Positions 28,949 to 37,559 of a stretch of DNA of 64,000 nucleotides are shown here, in pieces. Source of the stretch: an uncultured Candidatus Saccharibacteria bacterium. GTDB taxonomy: Bacteria; Patescibacteriota; Saccharimonadia; Saccharimonadales; Saccharimonadaceae. Within the stretch, counting starts at the first letter, position 1. Each line of letters begins with the position of its first letter. Position numbers and translations under genes: made by a program. The notes beneath the pieces were generated by a model. That model ran no database searches and was not told the DNA's origin. It was given only the letters and a program-made list of their open reading frames with translations. The stretch covers positions 6,925 through 70,924 of the forward strand of contig CAUSPY010000003.1 of NCBI GenBank assembly GCA_963533665.1, in the 5' to 3' direction.

Positions 28949-30199
28949 TCACTTTTCCAAACAAAACTTGACCAGCTGCTGGTAATCCAATTTCTTCGTC
29001 TCGCCAGTCGCCCGCTCGGTTAGTTCAAACAGTCCGTCGCCATCAATTGCCCGATCGCTAATCGTAATCCGCCACGGCAGTCCCATTAGCTCGGCGTCAG
29101 CAAATTTTACGCCTGGCCGCTCGTCCCGATCATCCAGCAGCGCTTCCACGCCTTCGTCAGACAGTTCAGCGTACAGTTTATCCGCCAATCCCCGGCCCTT
29201 TTCGCCGATCGACACTACATGAACCTTAAACGGCGCAATATTTTCTGACCAAACCAGTCCTTTATTATCGGCAAAGTGTTCTGCAATCAACCCCATTACC
29301 CGGCTCGGACCAATGCCGTAACTACCCATAAACACTTTCTGAACATGTCCTTGTTCATCGGTATATACCAAATCAAGCGCTTCAGAAAACTTAGTGCCAA
29401 GCGTAAAAATATTGCCGACCTCTACCGCCTTTTTCTCCACCAGTTCATCCGCCGCTATCCCCAAGTCAGCCAGCACCTCATCGGTGTACACTTCCTGATT
29501 GATGGCAATTTTTTTACCTTCATGCACATAAATCGTGTCCTCGCCGACGTCCGACAATGTCTGAAACTCGTGGCTATATTTAGAAAAGCTGCCGCCGGAA
29601 GCAAACGTCTTGTAAGTAATATCGCCAATTCCAAGCCGCTCGTAAATTCGCCCGTAAGCCTGAGAGATAATCTCATAAAATTCATCGTGCTCTGCCCGAT
29701 TCCGCGAAAACGAGTACAGATCTTTCATTAAAAACTCGCGCCCGCGCATCAAACCTGATTTTGATCGCAGCTCATTGCGGAACTTGATTTGAAATTGATA
29801 CGGATAGCATGGCAAATCCTTATAGCTAGCGATAAATCCGCGCATCATCTTCGTAATCGGCTCTTCATGAGTCGGCGCCAAGCCCAACTCCGAACCGTTG
29901 GCAAGCCGAGTCTTGAACCATACATCCATCACCTCGTCGTCCCAGCGCCCAGACGCTTGCCACGTCTCGCGCGATTGCAGCGCCGTCAAACTAACCTCGT
30001 TGCCGCCGATAACATTCATTTCCTCGCGGATAATCTGCACAATATTATCCAGCACGCGCTTGCCCAGCGGCAAATATGCGTATACGCCCGCCATCTCTTT
30101 ATAAATAAACCCTGCCTGGATAAGCAGCTGCGCATTTTTAGAGACTTCTTCCGCTGGCGCAGTTTTGTTTGTCTTGGTAAAAAGTTGGCTCATCCGCAT
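28949..30199 (-). CDS. proS: Prolyl-tRNA synthetase, short form lacking the INS editing domain
   Basis: Bacterial-type N-terminus 'MSQLFTKTNKTAP...NAQLLIQAGFI' and motif 2 'FRNELRSKSGLMRGREFLMKDLYSF'. I estimate only ~75 aa between motif 2 and the motif 3 region. Confidence 0.9.
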   Translation of the reverse strand: MRMSQLFTKTNKTAPAEEVSKNAQLLIQAGFIYKEMAGVYAYLPLGKRVLDNIVQIIREEMNVIGGNEVSLTALQSRETWQASGRWDDEVMDVWFKTRLANGSELGLAPTHEEPITKMMRGFIASYKDLPCYPYQFQIKFRNELRSKSGLMRGREFLMKDLYSFSRNRAEHDEFYEIISQAYGRIYERLGIGDITYKTFASGGSFSKYSHEFQTLSDVGEDTIYVHEGKKIAINQEVYTDEVLADLGIAADELVEKKAVEVGNIFTLGTKFSEALDLVYTDEQGHVQKVFMGSYGIGPSRVMGLIAEHFADNKGLVWSENIAPFKVHVVSIGEKGRGLADKLYAELSDEGVEALLDDRDERPGVKFADAELMGLPWRITISDRAIDGDGLFELTERATGETKKLDYQQLVKFCLEK

Positions 30200-30211
30200 A
30201 ATTTTCCTCCT

Positions 30212-31057
30212 TTACATAAACGGTAATAGCGCATTTATTTGCTGTATTACATCAGGATTAATAAACAATAAATAGAACGCTATGCCATTTTTTATCATAT
30301 GCGTCATCATTGGCACCCAAACCGCACCGGTATATTCCCGCGCCGCGCATATCACCAAACTGAGTGAGAACGTATCGACTGCCACTGACCACTGTAGAGG
30401 CTTATCAGTTCCGGCCCACAAGTGCGCCAGTCCAAACGCCAAGCTAGTCACCAAAACCGACAGCCAAACAGAAAATGATTTGCGTAATTTACCGTACAGA
30501 TAACCGCGGAACAACAATTCCTCGGCAATCGGCGCTAAAACCACCATAGTTATAAACGCTAGTAAAAACTGCCACTGCGTTCCCAGCATTGCTTGGCTGA
30601 ATGGCAAAGTCTGCGCCTGCGTCATATCCATCGAAAACAGAGTAACTGCTATCGCCACCAGGACACTGGTGACTAGAAAATAAGCCACATATGCCAACGG
30701 CGAAATCAGTATTTCCAAGAATGTTGGCCAATCATCAACCCCTAGCAGCCTCAGCGTAGTTTTATGTTTCATGACATATAGCGGCACCAATATTACGACC
30801 AGCAGCGTCAGAATATAAATAATAAACGACGCCGCCGCATTAAAAATAACCACGTTTAGCGAACTCAGCGGAACGCCAATGGAGTTTAAAAGTCCCGCCA
30901 GCAAACCAACCGCATACTGTACCGCGATAAACGCCGCATACACCCACGCCGGCAATGCCAGCAGCAGCCACCATTTATACCTGCCCGCCAGCGCTTTATT
31001 AACCTTCGCTAAAAATTTTTTCCTGTTTTTAACTAACCTAGAATAATTTCCCGACAT
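30212..31057 (-). CDS. CPBP (CAAX/Abi) family intramembrane metalloprotease
   Basis: 'PIAEELLFRGYLYG' and 'FGLAHL' motifs in a polytopic protein. Confidence 0.8.
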   Translation of the reverse strand: MSGNYSRLVKNRKKFLAKVNKALAGRYKWWLLLALPAWVYAAFIAVQYAVGLLAGLLNSIGVPLSSLNVVIFNAAASFIIYILTLLVVILVPLYVMKHKTTLRLLGVDDWPTFLEILISPLAYVAYFLVTSVLVAIAVTLFSMDMTQAQTLPFSQAMLGTQWQFLLAFITMVVLAPIAEELLFRGYLYGKLRKSFSVWLSVLVTSLAFGLAHLWAGTDKPLQWSVAVDTFSLSLVICAAREYTGAVWVPMMTHMIKNGIAFYLLFINPDVIQQINALLPFM

Positions 31058-32204
31058 CGCTCACCGTCACTAAAATTGTTAATACTAATAAAACCAGCAT
31101 ACCCGCTGCTTGGATATTTTCTTCGCGTTCCTTGGTTAACTCCTTGCGCGTCAGTCGGAAAATTGCCATCGTAAACCAGCGCCCGCCATCCAGCGCTGGA
31201 ATTGGCAAAACATTCATCACTGCCAGCGTCAAAGAGATAATCGCCGCCAAAAGTAATATTTGCGTCAACCCAGAATTGACAACCGACGGAAATAGCACGC
31301 CCAAAATACCGACCGGCCCAGCTACGTTTTCGCCAACCGCTGCCAGATCTGCCCTTGCCGCCTGCCGCGATTCATCCGAACCAAAAAATTGTCCAATAAA
31401 CCCGCCGACAGATTTCACCAGCAAATCGCCAACGCCTCTCAATGTTTCATATGACAATTGCGCCGTCGTCGCTACGCCTAAAACTGGCGCCGACCACGTA
31501 CTATGAAGCTTTTCTGTTTGCCGCGATGCTACGCCCAGATAACCGCCAGATTTAGCCTTCTTAACGTCGTTAAGCTGGATATCGACCATCTTTTCTGTAT
31601 TATCCCGGCGATATATCACCGCGACCTTTTTACCGGCATTAGCTTTCGTAGCCGCTGATAAAACGCCAGGCGTCGTGATGTCGCTCTGAGCAATTTTTAT
31701 AATTTGATCATCTGTTTTCAATCCCGCCTTTTCAGCTGGCGAACCTGGCGTTACCCGCGCCACTGTCACCGGCGAGCGCTCAACCGTCGTATCAAACGGC
31801 AATTGGACTTGATTTGGTAAAATTCTTGGCAGGCCCGCCAGCGCCAAAATCGTAAATAACACAGCCGCCGTCAGCCAGTTCATCAGCACGCCAGCCAATA
31901 AAATCTTAGTTTTTACCCAAAATGTCGCGCCGCCATATGTCCCCTTGCCTTCGGCAGAATCATATTCACCCTTTAACTTAACAAATCCGCCCAGCGGCAG
32001 CCAGTTCAGGCTAAAAATAACGTTTTTACCAAGGAAACTCTTTTTTGGCTGCCATTTCTTCGCTCGCGGCGGAAAGCCAATACCGAACTCTTCGACAACA
32101 ACGCCATTTCGCTTAGCGACCATGGCATGACCCAGCTCGTGTAAAACAACCAGCAGAACCAGTACGAACAACCCTAGAATAACCCCCAAAATCAACATCA
32201 TCAT
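31038..32204 (-). CDS. rseP: Site-2 (M50) intramembrane zinc metalloprotease RseP/RasP
   Basis: 'HELGHAMVAK', a PDZ segment ('GSPAEKAGLKTDDQI') and 'NVLPIPALDGG'. Confidence 0.85.
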   Translation of the reverse strand: MMMLILGVILGLFVLVLLVVLHELGHAMVAKRNGVVVEEFGIGFPPRAKKWQPKKSFLGKNVIFSLNWLPLGGFVKLKGEYDSAEGKGTYGGATFWVKTKILLAGVLMNWLTAAVLFTILALAGLPRILPNQVQLPFDTTVERSPVTVARVTPGSPAEKAGLKTDDQIIKIAQSDITTPGVLSAATKANAGKKVAVIYRRDNTEKMVDIQLNDVKKAKSGGYLGVASRQTEKLHSTWSAPVLGVATTAQLSYETLRGVGDLLVKSVGGFIGQFFGSDESRQAARADLAAVGENVAGPVGILGVLFPSVVNSGLTQILLLAAIISLTLAVMNVLPIPALDGGRWFTMAIFRLTRKELTKEREENIQAAGMLVLLVLTILVTVSDVGKLF

Positions 32205-32896
32205 CCTCCAAACCGCCGATTTCGGCGCGCATACTCATCCAAAATTACTGCCACATCATCAGTTGTCATATCCGGCCAATGTTTATCAATAAACATCAAT
32301 TCGCTGTACGCCGCCCGCCATAACATAAAATTACTCAGACGCTGCTCGCCGCTAGTCCGCACGATCAAATCGCACGGCGGCACTTCCGGCGCATATAAAT
32401 TCTGAGCAATCAATTCCGGCGTTACATCTTCCGCCGAGATGCCCGACCGAATAACTTTTTTAACCGCATCAGCAACCTCCAAATGCCCGCCATAATTCAG
32501 GCAAAGCAGCAGCTCGCCGCCCGTCAGATTCCTAGTCTTCTCCTCGGCATCGTCTATAACCTTAACCAGCGCGTCCGACAAACCATCGCGCGACCCAATC
32601 ACTCGCAGCCTAATATTATTATCCAAAAAAATCGATACGTCAGCTTCCAGCATTTTAACAAATAGCTTCATCAAATGCCCGACTTCTTCTTCGGAACGTT
32701 TCCAATTTTCCGTACTAAATACGTAGGCGCTGGCATATTTTACCCCGCTATGGAGAGTCTTCAATAAGACGTCCTTCAAGCAATTATACCCCGCTAGATG
32801 CCCCTCATAAGCCGGCAGCCCGTGCTGCTTCGCCCAGCGGCGATTACCGTCAACAATAAACCCAACATGCCTCGGCAATTCTGTTTTTTCACTCAT
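32201..32896 (-). CDS. uppS: Isoprenyl transferase (undecaprenyl diphosphate synthase)
   Basis: 'HVGFIVDGNRRWA' and 'RTSGEQRLSNFMLWRAAYSEL'. ATG 32896 has a ggaggga SD. Confidence 0.9.
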   Translation of the reverse strand: MSEKTELPRHVGFIVDGNRRWAKQHGLPAYEGHLAGYNCLKDVLLKTLHSGVKYASAYVFSTENWKRSEEEVGHLMKLFVKMLEADVSIFLDNNIRLRVIGSRDGLSDALVKVIDDAEEKTRNLTGGELLLCLNYGGHLEVADAVKKVIRSGISAEDVTPELIAQNLYAPEVPPCDLIVRTSGEQRLSNFMLWRAAYSELMFIDKHWPDMTTDDVAVILDEYARRNRRFGG

Positions 32897-33308
32897 GTTT
32901 CTCCCTCCACTCATCAATCAACCTCACATCCTGCATATCCTTCTCACGCCCGCGCCAGTTTTTCCAGCGCCGCAGAAAATCTAGATTGACGAACTTCACA
33001 CCGCCATATTCCACCGCGTAGTCCAGCAGCTCGTCATACTCAACAATTCGCCCATCAATCTCCCAGCCGTCCCAGATCTCGACCGATCCATCATGCTTCA
33101 CCAAATACTGGCGTTGATTTTTATCAATCTTCTTGGCCCAGTCATCGCTACGAGCAATTTCTTCTAATACCGCTCGACCAGCCGCCACGTCAATATCAGC
33201 AGATTGACGGATTCCTAATTGATCCAAAATACCGCTGCCAATGATAATAATCTGATCCAGTGGCAGCCCTAACTCTTTCACGCGCTCAGCAAATGTCTGA
33301 CTCATCAA
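32889..33308 (-). CDS. Small nucleotidyltransferase-fold protein (putative)
   Basis: 'IIIGSGILDQLGIRQSADIDVA' fits the minimal Pol-beta-type G-S...D-x-D pattern. It overlaps the frr stop by 4 nt and the uppS start by 8 nt. Confidence 0.45.
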   Translation of the reverse strand: MMSQTFAERVKELGLPLDQIIIIGSGILDQLGIRQSADIDVAAGRAVLEEIARSDDWAKKIDKNQRQYLVKHDGSVEIWDGWEIDGRIVEYDELLDYAVEYGGVKFVNLDFLRRWKNWRGREKDMQDVRLIDEWREKHE

Positions 33309-33859
33309 ACCGTCAACACGTCCTTTTCTTTTGCCTTAAACGCGTCGTCAATTTGCGCTTGTATCTTATTCATTAGCGTGTCAATCTCCTTCTCGACCCG
33401 CTTGAGATCGTCCTCGCCGAGCTCCTTGGCGTCTTTCATGCGCTTGGCATCCTTCAGAGCATCCTGGCGAATCGTCCGCATAGCGATCCGCGCCTCTTCG
33501 ACCTTTTCGCTAACCTGCTTGACTAATTGCTTGCGGCGCTCCTCAGTCAGCGCTGGCACTGGCACGCGCACCACCCGCCCATCATCGGACGGATTAAAAC
33601 CCAAACTCTGGTTGTCGCGAATCGCTGCCGAAATCGCCGTAATATTACTCGGATCAAACGGCGTCACCAGCAGCATCTGCGCCTCCGGTGCTGTCACATT
33701 TGCCACCTGGTTCAGCGGCATCCGCGTCCCGTACACCTCTACCATCACGCCATCCAGCATCCCAGCATGCGCCCGGCCTGTCCGCACTTTTTTCAGCTCA
33801 TCCTGAAAATGGCTAAACGCTTGCGCCATTTTATCCTCATATGGTTGTGTGTCAAACAT
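33305..33859 (-). CDS. frr: Ribosome recycling factor
   Basis: 'LKKVRTGRAHAGMLDGVMVEVYG...PLNQVANV...PALTEERRKQLVK' is the canonical RRF sequence. It ends in TGA. Confidence 0.93.
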   Translation of the reverse strand: MFDTQPYEDKMAQAFSHFQDELKKVRTGRAHAGMLDGVMVEVYGTRMPLNQVANVTAPEAQMLLVTPFDPSNITAISAAIRDNQSLGFNPSDDGRVVRVPVPALTEERRKQLVKQVSEKVEEARIAMRTIRQDALKDAKRMKDAKELGEDDLKRVEKEIDTLMNKIQAQIDDAFKAKEKDVLTV

Positions 33860-33987
33860 CATTACCTCCAAATTACCTGCCTTATATTATAGCAAATTTT
33901 ATCAGCAATTGTCCGCCTTCTGTAATCTAAAGTTTATACCAGGTAAAATCTCGCTTAAAAATCCAATCAACCTCAGTCCTGGAATGA

Positions 33988-33996
33988 TGATATAAT
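33988..33996 (+). promoter_or_regulatory. Extended -10 box (TGATATAAT) 7 nt upstream of the recF GTG
   Basis: The sequence reads tgatataat-aacctcc-GTG(34004). Confidence 0.4.
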
Positions 33997-34003
33997 AACC
34001 TCC

Positions 34004-35056
34004 GTGATAACCAAATTAAAGCTTTATAATTTTCGCTCGTACAGCTTACATGAAGTCGATTTTAACAGTTCTGGCACAGTTATCGTTGGACCAAACGGCA
34101 CAGGTAAAACTAACCTGCTGGAGGCAATTTATACAGCGCTGCGCGGCAGTAGTTTCCGCGGCAGTTTGGGCGACTGCATGAAATTCGGTACGGAACAAAC
34201 AATTGTTCATTTGGAAGGCAGCTTTGGGTCGCGCCGCCTCAAATTAGCTAGGTCGAACGATAAAATCAGTAAAGAATTTATCCTAAACGATAACAAATCA
34301 AAGGTCTTATCTCGTAAGAACCGCTTGCCCGTTGTTCTATTTGAACCCAGCGAACTGCGGCTTATTTCCTCATCGCCATCGCGCCGCCGCGACTTTTTAG
34401 ACGGACTACTATCTCGCCTTGACCCGAAATACGATACCGCTCTCAGAGATTTCAGCCGGGCGCTGCTGCAGCGCAACGAATTATTAAAGCATCCTCAGGA
34501 AAATTCGCAATCCTGGCGCAATAACTTGTTCGCTTGGGATATAAAATTTGTTCAATACGCCGCCTTAGTTTGCCGGCAGCGTACAAATTTTTTGCTCAAA
34601 CATGAACCAGCTATCAAAAATCTATACGAATCGCTAGCTGGACAGCCGACGGCTTTATCAATTGAATATTCAGCCAGCGCCCCTCTGCAAACCTACGAAC
34701 AATCACTGCTTGACCGTCTATCCAAGTCGCGCGAATATGAAACCAAAACCGGTTTCACTTCTGTCGGACCGCAGCGTGAAGATTTTACTATATTCCTTCA
34801 TAATCAGCCCGCCGTAAAAGTCGCTTCCAGAGGCGAAATGCGCACCATCATGCTAGCTTTCAAATTACTAGAATTAGATTTGCAGACCAGCATAAACAAC
34901 ACCAAACCGCTTATTTTACTGGACGACGTATTCTCAGAACTCGACGCCAGCCGCGAAAAACTGCTCCAGGAGACTATCCGAAACCATCAATTCATCGTCA
35001 CCACCACCGACTCCCGCCGCCAGGCAGACGACTGTTTGATTATTTATACGAAATAA
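34004..35056 (+). CDS. recF: DNA replication and repair protein RecF
   Basis: 'LKLYNFRSY', Walker A 'GPNGTGKTNLLEAIY' and Walker B 'LLDDVFSELD'. Confidence 0.9.
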   Translation: MITKLKLYNFRSYSLHEVDFNSSGTVIVGPNGTGKTNLLEAIYTALRGSSFRGSLGDCMKFGTEQTIVHLEGSFGSRRLKLARSNDKISKEFILNDNKSKVLSRKNRLPVVLFEPSELRLISSSPSRRRDFLDGLLSRLDPKYDTALRDFSRALLQRNELLKHPQENSQSWRNNLFAWDIKFVQYAALVCRQRTNFLLKHEPAIKNLYESLAGQPTALSIEYSASAPLQTYEQSLLDRLSKSREYETKTGFTSVGPQREDFTIFLHNQPAVKVASRGEMRTIMLAFKLLELDLQTSINNTKPLILLDDVFSELDASREKLLQETIRNHQFIVTTTDSRRQADDCLIIYTK

Positions 35057-35089
35057 CTCCGCCCGTACTACCCCAGTACAAGCGGAGTT
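35055..35089. terminator. Stem-loop between convergent recF and ORF 35115..35471
   Basis: aactccgc (35055-35062) pairs with gcggagtt (35082-35089). The flanks are A/T-rich. Confidence 0.5.
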
Positions 35090-35114
35090 ATATTCCTGCG
35101 GCGATTTTTATATG

Positions 35115-35471
35115 TTACGCTGCCTGCTCTTGAGCGGTTTCAGATTCATTATTTAGTATCGTTTTAACCAGCTCGTCAAGAACGATTACTGTGTTGTCAT
35201 CGACTATCTGCTTGTAGTCTGGCACGCGTTCTGCTAGCCACTCAGCAATCTTGTCACCAGAAACACTTTTATCTTCTTGCATAGCTACAAACTCTTTCAA
35301 CTGGTCGTCGTCCAGCGAGTCAAAGAGCTCTTCGCCCACCCGCTCGTTAACTTCATTCTCAGCGCGCTGAATCAAGTCTTCCATCTCATCGTCGGGAAGA
35401 TTAATCCCAACTGCGTTCAACTGCGCTTTAGTGATAGCTACTGTGACTGCGCTAACATTATTATCGTCCAT
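35115..35471 (-). CDS. Hypothetical acidic helical protein
   Basis: A 118-aa ORF, the last gene of a three-ORF minus-strand unit. No motif recognised. Confidence 0.5.
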   Translation of the reverse strand: MDDNNVSAVTVAITKAQLNAVGINLPDDEMEDLIQRAENEVNERVGEELFDSLDDDQLKEFVAMQEDKSVSGDKIAEWLAERVPDYKQIVDDNTVIVLDELVKTILNNESETAQEQAA

Positions 35472-35522
35472 TTTATTTTCCTTTCTGTTTTATATATTCT
35501 TGTTTTAATTTACAGGCTGCGA

Positions 35523-36401
35523 TTACGCAGTTTTAGCTTCCTGGCGATTGCCGCTGCCCTGCAGTTTTCGCCTGATTGCCTGTCCAGCTCTCCTGAGCAG
35601 ACCGTGCGCCGCAGTTGGCCCGTCAACAAATTCTGCAACTCTGGTAAATGCTGATGAGGCAGCATTTTCCAAACGCTCAACACGACCATCGTTATTATCT
35701 CGTTTTGCATCAGCAACTCTATCTTGAAGCTCTCTTAGTCCTTGACGTGATCTGGTTAAGTCGCTAAAGCTATCCACGCTTCGACCGACTAATCTAGTCT
35801 TAATAGCTGACTCTGCATTGCGCCGCACCCTCGCCGCCGCTAATTTACCTTCAGCCCTCAGGAGCGCCATTTTAGCATCAGTATCTTCGGGATTTTTATC
35901 GCTAATCTCTTTCGCTTTATCGCGTTTATCTTGTGCTCTTTCCACCTGAGTGTCAAGCCGCCTCACCCGACGCTCAGCTCTCCTAGCTCTAGACACGGCT
36001 GCTCTCATCTCTACTTTTTGCCTCTTCAATTCAGCCTTCTTATCTGAAATATCAGCCTTATCTGTCTCAATACCAGTACTACGCCTTTCAGAATCGTCTT
36101 TAATCTCTTGAGCGCGTGCCGCTATCTCGCCTAATTTCTTCTTTCGAGCTTTTTGCCGCTCCCCATATTCACGTTCTCTCTCAGCTTTAGCCGCTGCGCG
36201 CTTATTCTTCCGCTCTTCGCGCCTACTCCGAGCACTCTCTGCAAGCTCATGAATTTTCTTCGCACTTTTTTCTCTAGCTTCGGATGCTTTCTCCGCAGTC
36301 GCTTTTGCAGCCCTAGGACCTTCAATCGCAGCAAAACCAACTGCAACGCTTGCGCCCTTTGCGACCGCTTCGCCCGCTGTCTTGGCGCCGCCTCTTGCCA
36401 A
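35523..36401 (-). CDS. Hypothetical Ala/Arg/Lys/Glu-rich coiled-coil protein, possibly the downstream part of a frameshifted gene
   Basis: The track start is a TTG. The same frame is open upstream to a TAA at 36429-36431 and connects to ORF 36412..36837 by a +1 shift at an A5 run. Confidence 0.5.
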   Translation of the reverse strand: MARGGAKTAGEAVAKGASVAVGFAAIEGPRAAKATAEKASEAREKSAKKIHELAESARSRREERKNKRAAAKAEREREYGERQKARKKKLGEIAARAQEIKDDSERRSTGIETDKADISDKKAELKRQKVEMRAAVSRARRAERRVRRLDTQVERAQDKRDKAKEISDKNPEDTDAKMALLRAEGKLAAARVRRNAESAIKTRLVGRSVDSFSDLTRSRQGLRELQDRVADAKRDNNDGRVERLENAASSAFTRVAEFVDGPTAAHGLLRRAGQAIRRKLQGSGNRQEAKTA

Positions 36402-36411
36402 GCGTACAAGT

Positions 36412-36837
36412 TTACCCGCAATTCCTTTTTATGCCGGCTCTAGCGCTACTAAACAACTCTTTACCACTAGCTTTGGCACGCTCAGTCACACCAGCAATTA
36501 TCTGCCGGCCTCTGTCTTCATAGCTCATACCCGCATCTACAGATGTCCGCTCCCCCGCGTTTTGAGCTAAGCGCGTATCAATAATATTATCTGGTAAATT
36601 TGGACCTTCAACTTTATACGGGAAAAGTCCATAACCACCAGGTCTAGGAGCGACTCTGTAAGTATTCTTATTCTGGGGTTGAATTGAGGGAGGAAGAGGA
36701 AAATTTTCCTGCCCGTTCTTACCTATATCAGCGGGAGTTGTCACATCTCCCATATTATCCCACGCAGTAAACCTCGGCGCCTCATCGGGCGATGCTGCCA
36801 TTGGCGCTGTTTCTGCTGACGCTGTTTTCATTGTCAT
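36412..36837 (-). CDS. Hypothetical protein, possibly the upstream part of a frameshifted gene
   Basis: A 141-aa ORF with a gaaagga SD. It ends 'AGIKRNCG*' just after the sequence ata-aaa-agg. Confidence 0.5.
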   Translation of the reverse strand: MTMKTASAETAPMAASPDEAPRFTAWDNMGDVTTPADIGKNGQENFPLPPSIQPQNKNTYRVAPRPGGYGLFPYKVEGPNLPDNIIDTRLAQNAGERTSVDAGMSYEDRGRQIIAGVTERAKASGKELFSSARAGIKRNCG

Positions 36838-36890
36838 CGTTGCTATATCCTTTCGATATTATACTTATCGTTAAATTAGTTTATGCTTTC

Positions 36891-36919
36891 ATCCTACCAC
36901 AAGCCAGTGCTTTTGTCAA
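36891..36919 (-). promoter_or_regulatory. Sigma-70-like promoter for the 36837-35115 unit
   Basis: The minus strand reads TTGACA (36919-36914), a 17-nt spacer, then TAGGAT (36896-36891). Confidence 0.45.
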
Positions 36920-36961
36920 TATAAAACGCCGTTTTTACTCATATTTTTCAATAGCTATCAA

Positions 36962-37558
36962 TCACTCGCTCACGCCCAGCTCAATTCGCCTGAACTGGCG
37001 CACCACGATGTTCTCGCCCAGTTTAGCGATCGCTTCCTTAATATGCTGCTCAACTGTCTTAGAATCGTCCAAGATGTATGCCTGGCTCATCAATACCTGT
37101 TCGACAAAGTGCTTTTTCAATTGACCTTCAACGATTTTTTCGCGCATTTCTTCAGGCTTGCTTGCCAATGCCTCGCTAGCCATTAGCTCTGTCCTAACCC
37201 GCTCCATTTCCTCAGCCGGAATATCCGCCTCAGAAACATACTTCGGACTCATGGCCGCAATTTGCATAGCGATTTCGTGCGCCAACGTCTTAAAATCATC
37301 CAGCCGCGCCACGAAGTCGGTCTCACAGTTCACTTCAACCACCACGCCAATTCGGCCCGAGTGCACATAGCCCTCGATCAAACCTTCACGCGCTTCGCGG
37401 TCGCCCTTTTTCTCAGCCTTGGTCAAGCCTTTTTTACGCATCGCCTCCAGCGCCTTGTCAAAATCGCCGTCAGTCTCGACCAGCGCCTTCTTTGCGTCAG
37501 TCAAGCCCACGCCAGTCAATTCACGCAGCTTCTTAATGTCATCAACAGAAACACTCAT
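36962..37558 (-). CDS. tsf: Elongation factor Ts (short form)
   Basis: 'IKKLRELTGVGLTDAKKALVETDGDFDKALEAMRKKG' is the canonical N-terminal domain. It is 198 aa long. Confidence 0.93.
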   Translation of the reverse strand: MSVSVDDIKKLRELTGVGLTDAKKALVETDGDFDKALEAMRKKGLTKAEKKGDREAREGLIEGYVHSGRIGVVVEVNCETDFVARLDDFKTLAHEIAMQIAAMSPKYVSEADIPAEEMERVRTELMASEALASKPEEMREKIVEGQLKKHFVEQVLMSQAYILDDSKTVEQHIKEAIAKLGENIVVRQFRRIELGVSE

Positions 37559-37559
37559 C

